Positions 39,701-53,419 of a stretch of DNA of 64,000 nt are shown here, piece after piece (within the stretch, counting starts at the first letter, position 1; each line of letters begins with the position of its first letter). The DNA comes from Eledone cirrhosa (Eukaryota), in NCBI GenBank assembly GCA_964016885.1, contig OZ024741.1, forward strand, positions 404,116,001 through 404,180,000. Reading direction: 5' to 3'. The notes beneath the pieces were generated by a model. The model saw only the letters and a list, made by a program, of their open reading frames with translations. It did no database searches and was not told the DNA's origin. The position numbers were made by a program, and so were the translations under genes.

Positions 39701-42700
39701 TCGGTAGAGGGTCGGACACCATGCTAGGGTGGTGGATTGGCAGTATAGGTAGAGGGTGGGGCACCATGCTAGGGTGGTGGATTGGCAGTATCGGTAGAGG
39801 GTCGGACACCATGCTAGGGGGTGGATTGGTAGTAACGGTAGAGGGTCGGACGCCATGTTAGGGTGGTGGATTGGCAGTATCGGTAAAGGGTCGGACACCA
39901 TGTTAGGTCGGTGGATTGGCAGTATCGGTAAAGGGTCGGACACCATGTTAGGGTGGTGGATTGGCAGTAACGGTAGAGGGTCGGACGCCATGTTAGGGTG
40001 GTGGATTGGCAGTATCGGTAAAGGGTCGGACACCATGTTAGTGCGGTGGATTGGCAGTATCGGTAAAGGGTCGGACACCCTTTTAAGGTGGTGGCTTTGC
40101 AGTATCGGTAAAGGGTCGGACACCATGTTAGGGCGGTGGATTGGCAGTATCGGTAGAGGGTGGGACACCATGCTAGGGAGGTGGATTGGCACTATCGGTA
40201 GAGGGTGGGACACCATGCTAGGGTGGTGGATTGGCAGTGTCGGTAGAGGGTGGGACACCATGCTAGGGAGGTGGATTGGCAGTATCGGTAGAGGGTGGGA
40301 CACCATGTTAGGGTGGTGGATTAACAGTATCGATAGAGTGTGGGACACCATGCTAGGGTGGTGGATTGGCAGGATCGGTAGAGGGTCGGACATCATACTA
40401 GGGCGGTGGATTGGCAGTATCGGTAGAGGGTGGGACACCATGCAAGGGTGGTGGATTGGCAGTATCGGTAGAGGGTCGGACACTGTGCTAGGGTGGTGGA
40501 TTGGCAGTATCGGTAGAGGGTGGGACACCATGCTATGGTGGTGGATTGGCAGTGTCGGTAGAGGGTGGGACACCATGCTAGGGTGGTGGATTGGCAGTGT
40601 CGGTAGAGGGTGGGACACAATGCTAGGGTGGTCGATTGGCAGTATCGGTAGAGGGTCGGACACCATGCTAGGGTGGTGGATTGGCAGTATCGGTAGAGGG
40701 TGGGACACCATGCTAGGGTGGTGGATTGGCAGTATCGGTAGAGGGTGGGACACCATGCTAGGGTGGTGGATTGGCAGTATCGGTAGAGGGTCGGACACCA
40801 TGCTAGGGTGGTGGATTAACAGTACCGGTAGAGGGTGGGACACCATGCTAGGGTGGTGGATTGGCAGTATCGGTAGAGGGTGGGACACCGTACTAGGGTG
40901 GTGGATTAACAGTACCGGTAGAGGGTGGGACACCATGCTAGGGTGGTGGATTGCAGTATCGGTAGAGGGTCGGACACCATACTAGGGCGGTGGATTAACA
41001 GTACCGGTAGAGGGTGGGACACCATGCTAGGGTGGTGGATTGGCAGTATCGGTAGAGGGTCGGACACCATGCTAGGGTGGTGGATTGGCAGTATCGGTAG
41101 AGGGTCGGACACCATGCAAGGGTGGTGGATTGGCAGTATCGGGGGAGTGTCGGACACCATACTAGGGCGGTGGATTAACAGTACCGGTAGAGGGTGGGAC
41201 ACCATGCTAGGGTGGTGGATTGGCAGTATCGGTAGAGGGTCGGACACTGTGCTAGGGTGGTGGATTGGCAGTATCGGTAGAGGGTCGGACACTGTGCTAG
41301 GGTGGTGGATTGGCAGTATCGGTAGAGGGTGGGACACCATGCTATGGTGGTGGATTGGCAGTGTCGGTAGAGGGTGGGACACCATGCTAGGGTGGTGGAT
41401 TGGCAGTGTCGGTAGAGGGTGGGACACCATGCTATGGTGGTGGATTGGCAGTGTCGGTAGAGGGTGGGACACCATGCTAGGGTGGTGGATTGGCAGTATC
41501 GGTAGAGGGTGGGACACCATGCTATGGTGGTGGATTGGCAGTGTCGGTAGAGGGTGGGACACCATGCTAGGGTGGTGGTTTGGCAGTGTCGGTAGAGGGT
41601 GGGACACCATGCTAGGGTGGTCGATTGGCAGTATCGGTAGAGGGTCGGACACCATGCTAGGGTGGTGGATTGGCAGTATCGGTAGAGGGTGGGACACCAT
41701 GTTAGGGGGGAGGATTGGCAGTATCGGTAGAGGGTCGGACACCATGCTAGGGTGGTGGATTGGCAGTATCGGTAGAGGGTCGGACACCATGCTAGGGTGG
41801 TGGATTGGCAGTATCGGTAGAGGGTCGGACACTGTGCTAGGGTGGTGGATTGGCAGTATCGGTAGAGGGTGGGACACCATGTTAGGGGGGAGGATTGGCA
41901 GTATCGGTAGAGGGTCGGACACCATGCTAGGGTGGTGGATTGGCAGTATCGGTAGAGGGTGGGACACCATGCTAGGGTGGTGGATTGGCCGTATCGGTAA
42001 AGGGTCGGACACCATGCTAGGGTGGTGGATTGGCAGTATCGGTAGAGGGTCGGACACCATGTTAGCGTGGTGGATTGGCTGTATCGGTAGAGGGTGGGAC
42101 ACCATGCTAGGGTGGTGGATTGGCAGTATCGGTAGAGGGTGGGACACCATGCTAGGGTGGTGGATTGGCAGTATCGGTAAAGGGTCGGACACCATGCTAG
42201 AGTGGTGGATAGGCAGTATCGGTAGGGGGTCGGACACCATGCTAGGGTGGTGGATTGGCAGTATCGGTAGAGGGTGGGACACCATGCTAGGGTGGTGGAT
42301 TGGCAGTATCGGTAGAGGGTGGGACACCATGCTAGGGTGGTGGATTGGCAGTATCGGTAGAGGGTCGGACACTATGCTAGAGTGGTGGATAGGCAGTATC
42401 GGTAGAGGGTGGGACACCATGCTAGGGTGGTGGATTGGCAGTATATGTAGAGGGTCGGACACCATGCTAGGGTGGTGGATTGGCAGTATCGGTAGAGGGT
42501 CGGACACTATGCTAGAGTGGTGGATAGGCAGTATCGGTAGAGGGTGGGACACCATGTTAGGGGGGAGGATTGGCAGTATCGGTAGAGGGTCGGACACCAT
42601 GCTAGGGTGGTGGATTGGCAGTATCCGTAGAGGGTGGGACACCATGCTAGGGTGGTGGATTGGCAGTATCGGTAAAGGTTCGGACACCATGCTAGGGTGG

Positions 42701-44403
42701 TGGATTGGCAGTATCCGTAGAGGGTGGGACACCATGCTAGGGTGGTGGATTTGTAGTATCGGTAAAGGGTCGGACACCATGCTAGGGTGGTGGATTGGCA
42801 GTATCGGTAGAGGGTCAGACACCATGCTAGGGTGGTGGATTGGCAGTATCGGTAAAGGGTCGGACACCATGCTAGGGTGGTGGATTGGCAGTATCCGTAG
42901 AGGGTGGGACACCATGCTAGGGTGGTGGATTTGTAGTATAGGTAGAGGGTCGGACACTATGCTAGGGCGGTGGGATTGGCAGTATCGGTAGACGGTCGGA
43001 CACCATACTAGGGCGGTGTATTAGCAGTATCGGTAGAGGGTGGGACAGCCTGTTAGGGTGGTGGATTGGCAGTATCGGTAGAGGGTCGGACACCGTGCTA
43101 GGGTGGTGAATTGGCAGTATCGGTAGAGGGTCGGACACCATGTTAGGGTGGTGGATTGGCAGTATCGGTAGAGGGTGGGACACCATACTAGGGCGGTGTA
43201 TTAGCAGTATCGGTAGAGGGTGGGACAGCCTGTTAGGGTGGTGGATTGGCAGTATCGGTAGAGGGTCGGACACCGTGCTAGGGTGGTGAATTGGCAGTAT
43301 CGGTAGAGGGTCGGACACCATGTTAGGGTGGTGGATTGGCAGTATCGGTAGAGGGTCGGACACCATGCTAGGGTGGTGGATTGGCAGTGTCTATAGAGGG
43401 TGGGACACCACGCTAGGGTGGTGGATTGGCAGTGTCTATAGAGGGTGGGACACCACGCTAGGGTGGTAAATTGGCAGTATCGGTAGAGGGTCGGACACCA
43501 TGCTAGGGTGGTGGATTGGCAGTATTGGTAAAGGGTCAGATACCATGCTAGGGTGGTGGATTGGCAGTATCGGTAGAGGGTCGGACACCATGCTAGGGTG
43601 GTGGATTGGCAGTGTCTATAGAGGGTCGGACACCATGCTAGGGTGGTGGATTGGCAGTGTCTATAGAGGGTGGGACACCACGCTAGGGTGGTAAATTGGC
43701 AGTATCGGTAGAGGGTCGGACACCATGCTAGGGCGGTAGATTGGCAGTATTGGTAAAGGGTCAGATACCATGCTAGGGTGGTGGATTGGCAGTATCGGTA
43801 GAGGGTCGGACACCATGCTATGGCAGTGGATTGGCAGTATCTGTAGAGGGTCGGACACCATTCTAGGGTGGTGGATTGGCAGTATCGGTAGAGGGTCGGA
43901 CACCATGCTAGGGCGGTGGATTGGCAGTATCTGTAGAGGGTCGGACACCATGCTAGGGTGCTGGATTGGCAGTATCGGTAGAGGGTCGGACACCATGCTA
44001 GGGGGTGAATTGGCAGTATCTGTAGAGGGTAGGACACCATGCTAGGGCGGTGGATTGGCAGTATCAGTAGAGGGTCGGACACCATGCTAGGGCGGTGGAT
44101 TGGCAGTATCGGTAGAGGGTGGGACACCATGCTAGGGAGGTGGATTGGCAGTATCGGTAGAGGGTCGGACACCATGCTAGGGCGGTGGATTGGCAGTATC
44201 GGTAGAGGGTCGGACACCATGCTAGGGTGGTGGATTGGCAGTATCGGTAGAGGGTCGGACACCATGCTAGGGCGGTGGATTGGCAGCATCGGTAGACGGT
44301 CGGACACCATGCTAGGGTGGTGGATTGGCAGTATCGGTAGAGGGTCGGACACCATGTTAGGGTGGTGGATTGGCAGTATCGGTAGAGGGTCGGACACTAT
44401 GCT
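33710..44403 (+). repeat. 45-bp tandem array 2 (~238 units) with higher-order repeats
   Basis: Same unit as array 1; rare variants recur at 2514-bp and 764-bp offsets; runs into a SINE body at 44404. Confidence 0.95.
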
Positions 44404-45350
44404 TTGCAGCAAAGAGTTATTGTCCGTGCCATTCTGAGTTCAAATCCCGCCGAGGTCAACTTTGCCTTTCAACCTTACAGGATCGATAAAATAAAGTACC
44501 AGTAATGTACTGGATAATTGCTGGCTGGTGCCAAAAGTAGAAACAATTATTATTGACAGAATCGCTACAGCGTCGGATAATATGCTCAAAGTTATGGCCT
44601 TTTACCTTCTGAGTTGAAATGCAGCCTAGATTTGTTTTGTCTTCCATCCTTACAGTGTCGATAAAATAAAGTACCAGTCACGTACCGGGGTCGATTTAAT
44701 TCACTTTCCCTCTCCTCTTCAAATTGCTGGCCTTGTGCCTAAAGTAGAAGCGATTATTATTATTATTATTATCGGCAGTTCCAGTAGAGCATCGGACAAT
44801 ATGCTTTGTGGCATAAAGTTAGGTTCGTTTATGTTATGAGTTCAAACCAAATGTTCCTGGCCCTGTTGCTTAAAGCAGACACAATTATTATTATTGGCAG
44901 TATTGGTAGATTGGCGATATCGGTAGAGCATCGGACAACATGCGTTGTGGCATTCTGTTACATCCCTTTACCTTGTAAGTTCAAATCTCACCGAGGTTAG
45001 TTTTGCCTTTCATCCTTACATGGTCGATAAAATAAAGTACCAGTAATGTACTGGGTAGATTTAATCGACTCACTGCCTTTCAAATTGCTGGCCTTGTGCA
45101 AAATATAGAAACAATTATTATTATTAGCAGTATTGGAGGATTAGTAATATCGGTAGAAAGTCTGACACCATGCTTTGTCGCATAGAGTTACAGCCCTCTA
45201 CGTTGTGTGTTCAAATCCCGCCGAGGTTAAGCTTTCTTTCATTTTTAAGGGGTCGATAAATTAAAGCACCAATAATGAACTGGGGTGATCTATTCCAATT
45301 TTCCGACCCCTCCTCACAAATTTCTGGACTTGTACCAACTTTAGAAATAA
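44360..45350 (+). mobile_element. Head-to-tail cluster of ~5 Nin-domain-like SINE copies
   Basis: B boxes at ~44437, ~44611, ~44839, ~44978 and ~45208, separated by gaaacaattattatt-like tails. Confidence 0.85.
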
Positions 45351-45947
45351 TAATTATAACTTTTACTCTTCATGTGTTAGTCAGAGATAGATTACTAATT
45401 AGTTCAAAGTTTTGAGATTGTTTCAGAAAGTCAATTGATCAGTGTAGGTCGATATATCGAGTTACAGGTCGTGGTTATATCACTAGTTGTTTCTAATATC
45501 GAAACCCCTGATCAATGTCACCGTCTTCCTCAGAAAAATATATATCGAAGAAACAACACCACAGCGTCCGGCCAGCCTCCTCTGTCACGAAAAGAATATA
45601 ATTATTGGATTTTCTAAATTTAAAGGTTTCTTGGGAACGTGCCGTCTGTAGAGCTCAAGCTATCTTAAATGATAGTCCTTAGTGAAATATGTATAACGGA
45701 GTTTTAAATAAACCTGAATCAACTGAATATAATCTCCGATCTTTTATTAACATATATATATATGCCAATACAGTTCGTCTCCGTTGATTTATTATTTTAA
45801 ATCGATATGGACAAACTGTAGTATAATAATTAGTATACTTCAATCTGGCTAAACTTTTCTTTCGCAATATATATACACGGATGTGTTGGTATCTGTGTTT
45901 TATCACATACATATTAATTTATATGTATATATATATATATATATATA

Positions 45948-46167
45948 ACAAAGGAAATGTGGTATGGAACCAGATGGACCATAACCCACCAGAGTACTCA
46001 ATATTTAGGGTAGTAGAGTGGGTAATAGGAAAAAGTACGACGGCAGAGCTCAAGCCGTTTCGGCGGCTATTTCTGGAAATAGCCGTCGAAACGGTTTGAG
46101 CTCGACCGTCGGGTCTCGACTTTTTATAATATGACCATAATCTACTACCCCGAGTATCGATTACTCT
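45948..46167 (-). mobile_element. Family A hairpin-plus-tail element
   Basis: Tail plus palindrome centred on tttc-tg-gaaa. Confidence 0.8.
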
Positions 46168-46256
46168 ATTGAGTAATACCGCCTAAGTAGCTTCCAACGG
46201 AATCCATCCTGATTTACATTCATGTATATATATACGTATGTGTGTGCGGGTGGGTC

Positions 46257-46296
<40 letters not shown>

Positions 46297-46353
46297 TGAA
46301 AAGAAATAAGCAGGGAAGAAGAGAGAGTTAAATTGATAGATAAATAGAATAAT

Positions 46354-46542
46354 TGTTTCTTCTTTTGGCACAAGGCCAGCAATTACTCAGTACATTACTG
46401 GTACTTTATTTTATCGACCCCGTAAGGATGAAAGGCAAAGTTAACCTCGGCGGGATTTGAACTCAGAATAGCAACGGCCGTAACTCTATGCCTCAAAGCA
46501 TGGAGTCCGATCCTTTACCGATACTGCCAATCCACCGCCTTC
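46354..46542 (-). mobile_element. Full-length Nin-domain-like SINE with a 19-bp target site duplication
   Basis: gatagataaatagaataat at 46335-46353 and 46543-46561; the element begins gaaggcggtggattggcagtatcgg. Confidence 0.92.
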
Positions 46543-46789
46543 GATAGATAAATAGAATAATAGTGAGATAGTGAGACGGAAATACAGGTAAATAAAGAGG
46601 TAGCTATAGTGATATATAAAGACAAATATGATTATCCCGATGACTGCTGCAAGACGTCTCTACTAATGTTCAGAAATATAATTACAATTAACACCACAGA
46701 CTGTTGTCTAGACATTGAAATAAAATTTTATAATTCGTTAAATTTCAGATATATCTTCAGGAAATATCAGTTTCAAAATCAATACAAAT

Positions 46790-48019
46790 AATGATTTCTA
46801 TTATAGGCCAAACTTTTTGTGGGGAGGGGATAGTCAATTAAATTGACCTAAGTGTATTACTGGTACTTTATTTTATCGACCACGTAAAGATGATAGGCAA
46901 AGCTAACCTCGGCTGGATTTGAACTCAGACCGTAAAGAGATGTAACTCTATGCTGCAAAGCATGATGTCCGACGTTCTACCTCGGCGGGATTTGAACTCA
47001 TAACGTAAAGGGATGTAACTCTATGCTGTATAGCAAGGTGTCCGACGTTCTACCGATTACTGCCAATCCACCGCCCTTAAAATGCTTTCTGGTTTAGGCA
47101 CAAGGGCAGCAATTTGAGATGGGAAAGTCGATTAAATCGACACTAGTTTGTTACTGGTACTTTATTTTATTGACCGCGGAAGGATGAAAGGCAAAGCTAA
47201 CCTCGGCAGGATTTGACTCTGAACGTAAAGGACCGTAATTTTATGCGATGAAGCATAGTTTCTGGAGCTCCACCGAAAAATCAATATAAATAATTGTTTC
47301 TACTTTTGGCACAAGGCCAGGAATAACCCAGTACATTACTGGTACTTTATTTTATCGACCCCGTAAGGATGCAAGGCAAAATTAACCTCGGCGGGATTTG
47401 AAATCAGAATGGCAAAGGCCGTAACTCTATGCTAGAAAGCATGGCGTCCGACCCTCTACTGATACTGCCAATCCACTGCCAGTATATAATGAAACATTGA
47501 ATTGGATGCAGTTGCAGCTTGTAGTAGTTAAATGATTTATATGGGCCAAGGAAGAGATGTTTTATTGCCTTCTTTGCAGGATGTTCGACATACTACTGTC
47601 ATTGCCTCCCTTACTTCCTCTTATATATATTACGGATTATCTGTTACAAACAGAATTTTCAGCACGAAACAGATTAAATCTCTAATCTGTCCGAGAGATG
47701 AAATAGTTATTGAGACGGTCTGTATACAATATTCTATATCTTCCGTTTGTTTCAGGTTAAATTTATCAAACCAATGTGGTATCTCAACCCTCGTAATTTT
47801 AGACACACAATTTACTGTGTTTATTTCTACATATATTATTATATAATTGTTTCTACTTTAGGCACAAGGCCAGCAATTAACCAGTGCATTACTGGTACTT
47901 TATTTTATCGACCCCGTAAGGATAAAAGGCAAAGTCAACCTCGGCGGGATTTGAACTCAGATCGTAAAGGAACGTAACTATGCTGGAAAGCATGGCGTTC
48001 GACCCTCTACCGATACTGC
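46790..48019 (-). mobile_element. Cluster of minus-strand Nin-domain-like SINEs (~46790-47075, 47085-47275, 47290-47480, 47845-48019)
   Basis: Repeated actggtactttattttat.gacc...aggcaaa...cctcggc.ggatttga. Confidence 0.85.
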
Positions 48020-48091
48020 GCTCAGTATTTATACGTTGAGGTTGTTAATTACAGGGTATCAATATGAGTTAGTAACTCTGTACTTTATTTG

Positions 48092-48301
<210 letters not shown>

Positions 48302-48344
48302 ATAATATTAATAAATGGAAGCTATCTTTATAAAACCATAATTA

Positions 48345-48401
48345 TTTTATTATATATATTTCAAGGGTACCAAATTCTTGGTACGCTCTCATCACATAAA
48401 A
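48345..48401 (-). ncRNA. Hammerhead motif with mutated C3 (GUGAUGA), probably inactive
   Basis: Minus strand: ttttat GTGATGA gagcgtacca..tggtaccctt GAAAT atat ATA ataaaa; same family as 2854. Confidence 0.55.
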
Positions 48402-49459
48402 TACAAAAATTGGTTTACAGATAGTGACATATCCAGACAAGAACTTAATGTTGTGAGTTCTATTTGAATAGTCAAATACAATAATGAACAAGTTAAATAA
48501 CTCATTGCTTATTTATATATATATATATATATACAGTTTTAATATAGATGAGATTCTACAGGACTAGAACTGTTTCATTCTTTAGAAATCATCATTATAT
48601 ATATATATATATATATATATATGGGGGAATGTATGTGTCTGTGTGTGTCTGTGTCTATGTGTGTGTGTGTGTGTCTGTGTGTGTCTGTGTCGATGTGTGT
48701 GTGTGTGTATCTGTGTGTGTATGTGTGTGTCTGTTTGTGTCTCTCTGTACATGTTAAAACAACTATTGCCATGAGAGTTTGATCTTATTTCACACACCCA
48801 CACCCACACACATACATACACAGATACACACACACACAAACACAGATACACGCACACACAGACACAGACAGATACATACACACACACAGATACACACACA
48901 TAGATAGTAAATAGTTATAAAAATGAATGACCAAAAAACAAAGCATTTCTCTGCTAAGACTATTAGTTGAGAATGCTTTAGTTTGAGTCTCACATACATC
49001 TGTTCCTCTTTCACAATAAAATACGTTACGTTTCTTGTTTTAAATTCAAAATGTCTGCCTGAATGAGGCCCAAGTCCTGCCATTCCAAGAAATCTCTAAC
49101 ATTCTCGTCGCCTAATCTTGACATGCCAATTTAGGAGCTGAAACAAAGAAGCTGTGTTCCTTCTTGCGTTAATGCCCGCCTATGCCCGCCTATGCCCGCC
49201 TATGGCCGCCTTCCGCCGGGTGGGCTCGTCTCCTTTTTCTCTTACCACTGACCGCCACCGTGGCGGCGGTCTCTTGCCGTCTCCGTTTCGGCTGGAAAAT
49301 TTACAGCATGAAAGAAAGCCGAAATCGTTCGAATTGCATGAGATACTTCTTCAATTCTCAGAAGCAGAATTGAAGAAGTAGGTTTTCTCTGTAACATATT
49401 ATTGTCATTAGCTTTACAGTATTTAAATTCATTCTTACTTGTTTATATAACTCTATATA

Positions 49460-49499
<40 letters not shown>

Positions 49500-49501
<2 letters not shown>

Positions 49502-50035
49502 TGGCTGCCAACTGAACAAGTGTGACTTTTTAGTCCAGTCAGCGACTTGAAAACTCTGGTACAAACACTACACTTGTGACAATTATTGACACAGTGCTGG
49601 GCCCATGGTACCATGTGACGACAAGTGCAGAGAGATCTCCAGATATAAAGCAATGCCTGTGCCGTGAAGCTTTTATAGTGAGCAAAGGCACTGCACAAAG
49701 CCAGTGCCACTCTCTTAACCAAGATGATATTTACCAAAAAGAAGAACAAGTCAACATCATTGGATACCATCAGGGTTGCAGGTGGTATATCAGTTTTCCT
49801 TCTCCTAGAATTCTGCCTTGACAAATGCTAAGGGGTCATCTCTCCCAGTGATTTTGGATGGCCATTGACTCTTAAGAGCTCCTTTGCCCTTTGACAGGTT
49901 TTGTTTTTAGTCCTACAGGATGTCCAAAGTCCTCACCAAGAAACCTTGGTGGGGTTGCCAGTCTAGTCGCCAACGACCCGACCATGGGACAGGTTGTACT
50001 GGAATACATGTTACCAGTAGCACCAACTGATGATC
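49500..50035 (-). mobile_element. LINE 3' remnant with a C-terminal C2H2-like knuckle (RTE-like)
   Basis: The minus ORF ends HKCSVCTRVFKSLTGLKSH; balanced GC and frameshifted; lies between (TA)n tracts. Confidence 0.55.
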
Positions 50036-50518
50036 TGACATATATATATAAGTATGTATACGTACATACATATATGTGTACAGACGTACAGTAGTATGTA
50101 TATATGTACAGCCGACTAACTCACTCGATATGCAAATTAGGCTGCTCAGCCGTAAATATGCATGAGGAAAATATATACTTTCACACGTTCAATCATCTGA
50201 CAGAAAGGTATACGATGCTGACGATAGCTAATAAGCTTGAAACTAGTACATCGTTCCTGTGTCAGTGTTGAACAAAAGGGCGACGATGGTTGCCGAGCAC
50301 TGTACGGCGTAATTCGGGCTGTTTCTTTACAAACAAACCGAACATTATAATAAATGTTCGGTAAACCCATACGTACATATATATATGTGTGCATGTATGT
50401 ATATATATATATACATACTACTGTACCTCTGTACACATATATGTATGTACGTATACATACTTATATTTAGGTATCAGCCGTACTAAAAGTGAGAAATGAA
50501 ATTTCGTTTCATTATTTT

Positions 50519-50633
<115 letters not shown>

Positions 50634-51144
50634 GAGAGAGCTATATATAGTTATATATATATATATTTATATATTATATATATTGTTATATTTGGGGAGG
50701 GTTAAATTTTTATAATATTACCAGAAACAATAACAGAACACACTGTTTGGTTTGGGTTGGTTTTCGCTTCTGTATATTTTATATCTCCATAGTTAATTTA
50801 CCTGGCAATCAATGTTTATGGTCGATTGACCAACGGTTAAAAATACAGATATAAATATATATATATAGTCTGTAAAAGTTCTTTCGTCACACATCCTTCC
50901 ACCACTTGTTTATCTTCATGTTTATTTTTATTTTTATTTGTACCCCTTCCACCCCCCCCCCCTTTCTAAATGTCTCTCCCCCACTCCCCTACACACCCTC
51001 GGAACTCTCTTCCCTCCCACCTTTCGCCTGAAGAAGGGTTTATGCCTGAAACGCCCCCCCCCCATTCTCAAGAGCGTGAAACTAATAAACCTTTGTTTGT
51101 ACTGCCTCTCTGTTTTGTTCCCGTTCCATTTTTGACTATATATA

Positions 51145-51195
<51 letters not shown>

Positions 51196-51329
51196 ATGTA
51201 GAAAAGATAACACACCAGAGAGAGAGAGACAGTGCGCCATCAGTGAACCACCAGTGTATGGAATCTATACCCCTTGGAGCACATTATTGACAAGGAATAG
51301 CGAGAATCTATGGCTCCGTTAATTTATTG

Positions 51330-51388
<59 letters not shown>

Positions 51389-51569
51389 TAAATGGAATAG
51401 AAAATGCTGACAAATTGTTCACAGTGAAAAATAGTTTAGTTAGGAATAAGTGAGAATTAGTAATAGTATTGGTTAGTATTCAGTTTTGGTCTTAAGTTTT
51501 ACCGGTTGCGCATTTCTAATGCTTTTCAAAAATAATTTTGAGATAGAGCGTCTGTGATGTTTGCTCTGA

Positions 51570-51619
<50 letters not shown>

Positions 51620-51801
51620 TACAATATATTGCAGCGAATGTGAATAAACGATGTTAACCTGTTGACTTACACTTCTTGTTTTTACATTACTCCGGAGTAA
51701 AGAGACCCACTTGCGCACTCGTTCAGTTCTCTTCCCTGCATACTGAAGTGTCGACAAACAGCCAACACATACTCAAAGTTATATATATATATATATATAT
51801 A

Positions 51802-51994
51802 TAGGGAACGATTCAGACCCCGACGGCAGAGCTCAAGCCGTTTCGACGGCTATTTCTGGACTGAGATAGCCGTCGAAATGGCTTGATCTCTGCCGTCAGG
51901 GTCCTGAACCTTTTCCTATTACCCACTCTACTACCCAAATTATCGAGTACTCTGGTGCGTTATAGTTCACCTAGTTTCTTACCACACTTCCTTC
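51802..51994 (+). mobile_element. Family A hairpin-plus-tail element
   Basis: Palindrome followed by ttttcctattacccactctactaccc...cttaccacacttccttc. Confidence 0.8.
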
Positions 51995-52797
51995 ATTATA
52001 TATATTCTATATATATATATATATATATAATATATCACTCATTTGGAAAACTGCTGTATCAATGTAACGGGAGATATTCTCTGGTGTTTGGGTGCAATGA
52101 TACGGCTGTAGAACTCCAAATGGCTGAACTACGAAAGGGTGGTGTCCCTGTGCACCTGGAGAGAAAATATAGCCGGGAAGTTGTAATGGGTGGAGTAAAT
52201 GTTGGGAATCATTTGAAACGAATGACGGCCCAGCTAAGGTACTGGGAACACAGCCGCACGTTCGAGAGAGACGAGTACACAGGCGTTGTCAAGAATGCAC
52301 GATGGAGTCTTTCTCGTCAGTGGTCTGTGATGCCCCAGGCCGGGTGTAACGCACAAACACGACGAAGTAACTATGAATGCATGCTTTTGTGTGTGGGTGT
52401 ATAAGTGAACTATTTCGCTACTTAGCAAGTGTGGGTTGAGTTTAAATGTACTTTATCATTGATCACAAGATGCTCCTGATAGATCAAGAGAGGGAGAGAG
52501 AGAGAGAGAGAAGGAGAGAGGGCGAGAGAGAGAGAGAGAGTTACAGTGTGACAGTGAGAGTGAAAGAGAGAAAAAGAGATTTAGAGTGAGAGGGGCGGAA
52601 ATTTTCAGAGGGAGAGGGGGAGAGGGAGGCTGGGATTATCGCTTCTAACACACTAAGCACATTGAGATATACCGATAACAAACATAGCTATATGCCAACG
52701 AAATCACTAAGACAACAATATTACTAAACCGACTACCGTCGGTTTAGGATGTACTGCACACCCTATTGCCATATAACACACGTATTTCTCTCTCTCT

Positions 52798-53288
<491 letters not shown>

Positions 53289-53379
53289 CGGAACCCGGTC
53301 ATTGAAATGATCATAGTATAATAAACCTTTCAAGGATTTACACAAATCCAGCCTCCTGTCATTTCATTATATATATATG

Positions 53380-53417
<38 letters not shown>

Positions 53418-53419
53418 CA

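Noticed and set aside
30673-44403. CRISPR array
   Set aside because: Units are contiguous with no unique spacers, no cas genes are present, and the unit is a SINE head.
30650-44437. Genuine His/Pro- or Trp/Gly-rich structural protein genes
   Set aside because: ORFs are open on both strands simply because the unit is 15 codons; stops and frameshifts are tolerated; the DNA derives from a SINE.
45480-45880. Additional PLE end (VNKRSEI peptide plus CTGAGGA..GAAAC on minus)
   Set aside because: Plausible but too degenerate (GUG triplet, weak stems) to list as a feature.
51883-52404. 173-aa ORF as a host gene
   Set aside because: It starts in a family A repeat and crosses (TA)n; the remainder is at best a decayed LINE fragment.
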